A DNA stretch of 64,000 bases from the IMG/VR virus record IMGVR_UViG_3300032092_000011, positions 32,001-96,000 of that record, one strand, 5' to 3'. Every line of letters starts with the position of its first letter. Position 1 is the first letter of the stretch. Both the position numbers and the translations under genes were made by a program. The DNA is from a virus. This document shows positions 58,828-64,000 of the stretch, piece after piece. A model generated the notes under the pieces. The model worked only from the letters and a program-made list of their open reading frames with translations. It did no database searches and was not told the origin of the DNA.

Positions 58828-59235
58828 TTATATTGTTGAATAATTAAGCATTGTATTAGACCCAGAATCTACAATTTTAAGTCCTTCATTTCGGTCAATA
58901 AATAACCATTCACAATCAGTTAAATCAAATTTATTTAGATGGTCAATAACTTCTGATACTTCAAAACACGAACATGAGTAAATATCAAATTGAAACATTG
59001 CTGGATCTTGTTTATCCCAAACATGTATTGCAGCATGTGATGTTGCTAATGTTACTGTTCCGGTAATTCCTTCATTTCCAGGTTCATCTACATAAACAGA
59101 AGTTGGACCTGCAACTACTACCATTCTTACTTTTTTAACTAGTTCTCTAAACCAATTGTTTAAAACTTCTTCTGATTTTGGTGGGTTTTTCATGTGACCT
59201 TTTACTAAAAGGTGTAAATGATTTGGCGTAAACAT
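58828..59235 (-). CDS. speD: S-adenosylmethionine decarboxylase proenzyme
   Basis: GITGTVTLATSHAAIHVW...FDIYSC; TSH self-cleavage site. Confidence 0.85.
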   Translation of the reverse strand: MFTPNHLHLLVKGHMKNPPKSEEVLNNWFRELVKKVRMVVVAGPTSVYVDEPGNEGITGTVTLATSHAAIHVWDKQDPAMFQFDIYSCSCFEVSEVIDHLNKFDLTDCEWLFIDRNEGLKIVDSGSNTMLNYSTI

Positions 59236-59284
59236 AAATGCTATACTAAGTTTTCTTTTATATATTTGTCGACGTAGTATGATA

Positions 59285-59737
59285 TTATTGATGTTTGATT
59301 ATCTGATTTACTGCATTTAAGAATAACCAATCTTCGACATTTTCTAATTTACATAAAAAATTATATTCATACACGTATGCATCATGTTCTTCCTTTTTCT
59401 CTGTTAATTTAATCTTAGCTCTCCAAACATATAGGTGGTATGATTCGTGAACCAGGATGGCCGCAATATTATTAATTGAATTCATATTCATATCTCTAAC
59501 AGTGATTGCTATTGTACTCGGAAGTTTCGTCGTTGAATGGTCACCAATAATAAATTCAACCTCTTTACAATGGTCAATTAATAATTTATAAGCATTTGAA
59601 TCTTTCTCTTTAATTAGAGAAATGGCTGAATCTACCTTAGATTTCCAGCCATCTCCAACATCATCGATTTTGATTTGTCCAAAAAGAGTATTTGTGATTA
59701 ATAAGAATACGAATATTAAGGCATTTTGGTAACGCAT
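59285..59737 (-). CDS. secreted HExxH metallopeptidase-like protein
   Basis: Signal peptide ending FGQ; ILVHESYH...EE..AY. Confidence 0.65.
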   Translation of the reverse strand: MRYQNALIFVFLLITNTLFGQIKIDDVGDGWKSKVDSAISLIKEKDSNAYKLLIDHCKEVEFIIGDHSTTKLPSTIAITVRDMNMNSINNIAAILVHESYHLYVWRAKIKLTEKKEEHDAYVYEYNFLCKLENVEDWLFLNAVNQIIKHQ

Positions 59738-60168
59738 TGTTCAATAGCTCTTTTTAACGCGTTTGATACTGTCATTTTTGAGAATGGAACTTTACCATCA
59801 ACGAGTTCAATCATTACTGCTCGAACTTCAGTTTCAGACTCTCCAAATCCTTCATATTTTTGGCCTTTATAATAGAATCTAACACCAACTTGAGTTACTT
59901 GATTAGTTTTTTCAACTCCTGCAATTCTAATAGTTGTTTTAGGAATTCCAAAATAAAATACTTCAATTTTAACTGGTTCCCCTTTTTCTGACAAACAATA
60001 TTTTGCTGATAACATGTCTTCAGCAATTTGCTCAATACCAAATTTAATATCTCTATTGCCAAGTTCTCTTAATTTTGCAGTTGAATAAACTGTGTCTATT
60101 TTAACACATTCTTGCGAGAATACAAAAACTGGCATTAAAAATAATATAATTAATAATAAATTTTTCAT
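59716..60168 (-). CDS. secreted protein
   Basis: Signal peptide ending FSQ. Confidence 0.7.
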   Translation of the reverse strand: MKNLLLIILFLMPVFVFSQECVKIDTVYSTAKLRELGNRDIKFGIEQIAEDMLSAKYCLSEKGEPVKIEVFYFGIPKTTIRIAGVEKTNQVTQVGVRFYYKGQKYEGFGESETEVRAVMIELVDGKVPFSKMTVSNALKRAIEQCVTKMP

Positions 60169-61922
60169 TAGTTAGCGAATCCTGTTTTTATCAGATAGAA
60201 CGTTGAAGAACCACCTGCTGTTGGGTTAGTTAAAGTTACAGTTTGAGTACCTGGATATGTTGCAGACAAATTAGATGTTGATGTGTTTATAATACTCCAT
60301 TCGGTATTTGTAAATAATCTATATGACGGTACTGTAAACGCGTTTCCATTAATTCTTTTATAGATTAAATAAACATCAGATATTGTTAAATTAGAATTTC
60401 CATTGGTATTCATTCTATAATAATCTTTAGCATTAAATGTTTGTGATAATACCTTTTGATTAAATATTGCTGCGTCAGCTGTGCTAGGTGCTGAAAAAGT
60501 TAAACCATCAATAGTTACTTGAAAATCATAACTAGCAATATCTAATGAAGTTGAAATTGTAAATACTCCAGAACTATTAGTATTATATGTTTGTAATAAC
60601 GTATATGTTGATCCTGCTTTTGTTTTATAATATAACTTAACAGTGATATTTTGAACACCAATTCCTTCAGAATTATAAATAGTTCCTGAATAAGTAAATG
60701 GGGTTGGATAATTTACAGTTGCAACAACTGGGGTTCTTGTTGAACTAACACATCCAGTTGATGAATTTCTAGCTTGTACGTAATAAGTTGTAGTTGCTGA
60801 AATACTGGGTGTTGTAAATGATAGCGTTCCAGATCCACCAGATAAAACGTTACCTCCAGTTGCATTAGCATACCAATCTGCAGTAATTCCAGTTCCAGTG
60901 GTTGCTGATAATGATACTGTTCCAGCAAGAGTTCTACTTCCATCAACTCCAGTCGGCGCAGATGGTGAAGTTGCAGGACTACATGCAATTTGATGAGTAA
61001 CAAAACCTGTATAAAATTGAGTAAATGTTTGATTTGCTGGATCTGTCCATGTACCAAACTCAACTACATATCCACCGACACTTGAAAAATTACCATCACG
61101 TAAATCATTCCAGTTGCTATTTCCGTTCCATTTAGTTACAGCATGGTCTTCTCCAATTGAACCATCTGAATTATTAGGTTCTCCACCAGCCCATGCTGAA
61201 TATCGACCGGGTGCTGTTGTTCCAGTGGATCCGTATGACCATGTTGTTGCATTAGTAACAGAAGTAGATGCAGTCCAAATAACAGTTCCAGTTTCTGGTC
61301 CAGCATCAATTCTCCAAGATCCTTCTTGAGTTGCATCAGATAAAGCTATCCAAATATTACTTACAGGTACATTTGCAAAGATAAAATTCTGTTCATCAGC
61401 ATCCATGATATTTGCTAAATATCCAGTTTGACCTTTAAATGTTTGGGCAGCAGCTGCACTTTTTGCAGAAGAATAAGATACTGCACCGGTGATTGGTCGA
61501 TAAAAGTGACCATTTGATGGTAAGTAAAAATATCCAGTTGGATTTTCGGTTGCAGTTACTGCAATATAAAGATTTCCTGGAACTGAACCAGTATTTACTC
61601 TTAATGAAGCTAATACAGTATTAATATTTGATTGGGTACCAGTAAAACTAATTCTAGTAAAATTAGATGTTATGTTATAACCAGTACTTGCTGATACACC
61701 AGAAGTAGTATTAAATCGCAAAGTTGTTCCAGCTGGAGGATTTACTAATCCAACAGTAACTAATAAAGTTGTAGTTGAATTAAATCCAGAAACAGAAAAG
61801 CCAGAAGCGCTTTGATTTGAAGTACTTTGATTGTATGAAGTTGCTGACGGACTTGTAACACTTTGTGTAAATCCATCTAATGTTAATAAAACACATGTTA
61901 GAAATATTAATAATCTTTTCAT
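60168..61922 (-). CDS. secreted adhesin-like protein (C-type lectin, Ig-like and dockerin-like domains)
   Basis: Signal peptide; NGHFY...GYLANI...EQNFI...WAGGEPNN...WNDL...YVVEF; TTTYYVQA...RTPVVATV. Confidence 0.75.
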   Translation of the reverse strand: MKRLLIFLTCVLLTLDGFTQSVTSPSATSYNQSTSNQSASGFSVSGFNSTTTLLVTVGLVNPPAGTTLRFNTTSGVSASTGYNITSNFTRISFTGTQSNINTVLASLRVNTGSVPGNLYIAVTATENPTGYFYLPSNGHFYRPITGAVSYSSAKSAAAAQTFKGQTGYLANIMDADEQNFIFANVPVSNIWIALSDATQEGSWRIDAGPETGTVIWTASTSVTNATTWSYGSTGTTAPGRYSAWAGGEPNNSDGSIGEDHAVTKWNGNSNWNDLRDGNFSSVGGYVVEFGTWTDPANQTFTQFYTGFVTHQIACSPATSPSAPTGVDGSRTLAGTVSLSATTGTGITADWYANATGGNVLSGGSGTLSFTTPSISATTTYYVQARNSSTGCVSSTRTPVVATVNYPTPFTYSGTIYNSEGIGVQNITVKLYYKTKAGSTYTLLQTYNTNSSGVFTISTSLDIASYDFQVTIDGLTFSAPSTADAAIFNQKVLSQTFNAKDYYRMNTNGNSNLTISDVYLIYKRINGNAFTVPSYRLFTNTEWSIINTSTSNLSATYPGTQTVTLTNPTAGGSSTFYLIKTGFAN

Positions 61923-63505
61923 TACAATAACATTCTAGTTCCCATCATCACTGTATAATTTAGGGCAGCATCTTTAATAGCCCAAGCTCCACCAACATTA
62001 ATATTTATTTTAAATCTTTTTGTGATACCGACATTAGTTCCAATGATAGGTAAAACTACATGAGGTGATTTTAATAATATATCGTTATAATAACTAACAT
62101 ATGGGGCGTAAACATAGAGTAACATTGTTTTAACTGCGATTCTCTTATTTACATTCCAATCATGCATTCCTCCGGCAATTACGGCAGTTCCAATAAAAGG
62201 TTCTCCATAAACTTGACCAGAAGAAGCTGTTAACATATAAACAAGCTTCATATTTTTAGGCTTATTAAGCGTCCACATCTGTCCTAACGCTAATGTTCCA
62301 TAAAGAGTTGGCTTAGCTTCAAATCCAATTGTTACTGAAGTTGAAATTAGGTCAATTCTTTTTGGTTTCATAAATGCATAGAATCCTGTAATATTTGGAC
62401 CTCTAAGTGCAGAAGTGTAATCAGCATTTATACCCCAACTTCTTCTACCATCCCATCTCATTGATGTTAAACCACCTGTAACTTTACCACCGTAAGTAAC
62501 ATCAGAATTCTTAAAGTTGAACCCAACAAAATCACTACTTGCTAAAATTGAAGGTCTATTTCCATTTTTTGCGCCAGCTCCCGCTGCTTTATTATTTCCA
62601 CCAGAACTTCCACTACCATCTCCAGAAGAAGATCCAATTGAATTTACTGAGCTTCCAACTAAGTTTGTTTTCCCTTCGCTTTCTGATCCAGTTGTTCCTG
62701 TTTCTTGAGAATTTCCTTGGCCCGAACCATTGCCTGTTCCAGTTCCATTCCCGCCTGAACCAGTATTGCCGCTATTCTGACCTGATCCGTTGTTGGTTGT
62801 TGATCCTGTAGTTCCTGAGCCTTGCGAACCAGATCCGGTTGAACTCGAACCTTGCGAACTTGTGCCGGTTGAACTTGATCCTGTGGTTCCTGAACTTTGC
62901 GAACTTGTGCCGGTTGAACTTGATCCGCCCTGTGTGCCATTTTGGTTTCCCTGTCCATTATTAGATCCAGTGCTACTTGAGTTATTGCCAGTCCCGCTAC
63001 CATTGCTAGAACCACTAGACACATTATTGTTACTATTGTTTCCATTTGATTGGTTATTTTTATTACCACCTTTAGATCCAGAACTAGAATTTCCACCGGT
63101 AGAAGTTTGCATACTACCAACACTTCCACCCAGCATATTACTAGTTCCAGTTGCCATATCTGCTAATGATGATAATGAGTTAACAATACCTAAAAAATTA
63201 ATAGCAGAACTTTGAGCAACTGTTACAGCAGCTGGCATACCAACAACGCTAGCACATGGATTATTATTACCAAACGATGAAAAAACACCTTGCGCCCAAG
63301 ACTCGAACGTTCCACTGTAAAAGTCTCCTGGCGCAAATGTTCTAATTTGTCCGTAATATGTTACAGTAACTCCATTAGAAGGTACCGATATTGTTTTTAT
63401 TGCTCCAGTACATGGATCAGTGTATGAATATGAAATTGTCTGTCCATAAGATACTCCTGAAAATAACAAGAAAAACAAGAAGATGATAAGATTTTTAACA
63501 TACAT
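61922..63505 (-). CDS. secreted protein with G/S/N-rich linker and C-terminal outer-membrane beta-barrel-like domain
   Basis: Signal peptide; YSYTDPC; low-complexity GSSSTG repeats; amphipathic beta strands. Confidence 0.65.
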   Translation of the reverse strand: MYVKNLIIFLFFLLFSGVSYGQTISYSYTDPCTGAIKTISVPSNGVTVTYYGQIRTFAPGDFYSGTFESWAQGVFSSFGNNNPCASVVGMPAAVTVAQSSAINFLGIVNSLSSLADMATGTSNMLGGSVGSMQTSTGGNSSSGSKGGNKNNQSNGNNSNNNVSSGSSNGSGTGNNSSSTGSNNGQGNQNGTQGGSSSTGTSSQSSGTTGSSSTGTSSQGSSSTGSGSQGSGTTGSTTNNGSGQNSGNTGSGGNGTGTGNGSGQGNSQETGTTGSESEGKTNLVGSSVNSIGSSSGDGSGSSGGNNKAAGAGAKNGNRPSILASSDFVGFNFKNSDVTYGGKVTGGLTSMRWDGRRSWGINADYTSALRGPNITGFYAFMKPKRIDLISTSVTIGFEAKPTLYGTLALGQMWTLNKPKNMKLVYMLTASSGQVYGEPFIGTAVIAGGMHDWNVNKRIAVKTMLLYVYAPYVSYYNDILLKSPHVVLPIIGTNVGITKRFKININVGGAWAIKDAALNYTVMMGTRMLL

Positions 63506-63506
63506 T

Positions 63507-64000
63507 TTATGATTTAAAGATTCCTTTTTTAATCATACGACTTACAATTCTTGCTGCGGCTGTTTCTAGTGACTTCTTAGTTGTAATACCAATATGAGAT
63601 TGATTGAATTTAATTTCACTATCGTCAATTCCATCTAGAATTGAAACAGTTTTAACCGTTTTAGCCTCTCCTAATCCAGATCCGACTAAAACTTCTCCAG
63701 TCTCAGCATCAACAAAGCGAACTTGAAGACCTAAACGCGTAATTTGTGTTGTTTGAGATTGTCCATTAATTTTTACAACCTCATCATCAGATACTGAAAA
63801 GTCATATACCTCAATATAAACAAAGTATTTAGCAAGTTTAATTTTACCCTTGCCATCCATTGTATTTTCAGTAAATCCTTTTGCTGATGCTTTAAATTGG
63901 TTAATCATTCTTTCTTTGATTTCCAATTTATCTTCAGTAAATACGAATCGGTTTGTATATTCTAAATATTCTAATACAATATTAGTTACACCAAGACCAA
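63507..64000 (-). CDS. CsgG/HfaB-family protein (5' end beyond the window)
   Basis: Frame open to the window edge: GLGVTNIVLEYLEYTNRFVFTEDK...LQVRFVDAETGEV..GSG.G. Confidence 0.75.
   Translation of the reverse strand, partial: GLGVTNIVLEYLEYTNRFVFTEDKLEIKERMINQFKASAKGFTENTMDGKGKIKLAKYFVYIEVYDFSVSDDEVVKINGQSQTTQITRLGLQVRFVDAETGEVLVGSGLGEAKTVKTVSILDGIDDSEIKFNQSHIGITTKKSLETAAARIVSRMIKKGIFKS

Overview
AT-rich 64-kb segment of a large tailed-phage genome (T4-like/jumbo type). The host is probably Bacteroidota: no obvious Shine-Dalgarno sites and repeated TTTA-N19-TAnnTTTA promoters. Almost all genes are on the minus strand, except one plus-strand island (2.1-5.2 kb) between two GC-rich non-coding blocks. 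The window holds 25 canonical tRNA genes covering all 20 amino acids, three giant fibre genes with collagen repeats, DNA ligase, a DinG-like helicase, a RadA-like ATPase, nucleases, HAD phosphatases, auxiliary genes (ferritin, GATase, SAM decarboxylase, thioredoxin, PspC, sugar enzymes), lysis-type genes and a CsgG-associated secreted-protein cluster. Most notable: (1) An unannotated 30-codon leader peptide (56645-56737, minus) has 19 different amino acids in 20 consecutive codons and is wired to a trp-like antiterminator/terminator directly upstream of the tRNA array. It looks like a pan-tRNA attenuator that could switch on phage tRNAs when any host tRNA is depleted. (2) Four related ncRNA cassettes share a GGAT helix plus a C(A/T)GCAAA motif and carry circularly permuted tRNAs or anticodon-like hairpins. 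(3) At least 15 proteins share an N-terminal MKHIKLFEQFINE-like tag resembling the T4 capsid-targeting sequence, including an Acb1/gp57B-like 2H phosphoesterase and an apparent cleavable polyprotein. All calls come from visual motif reading; no database search was run.
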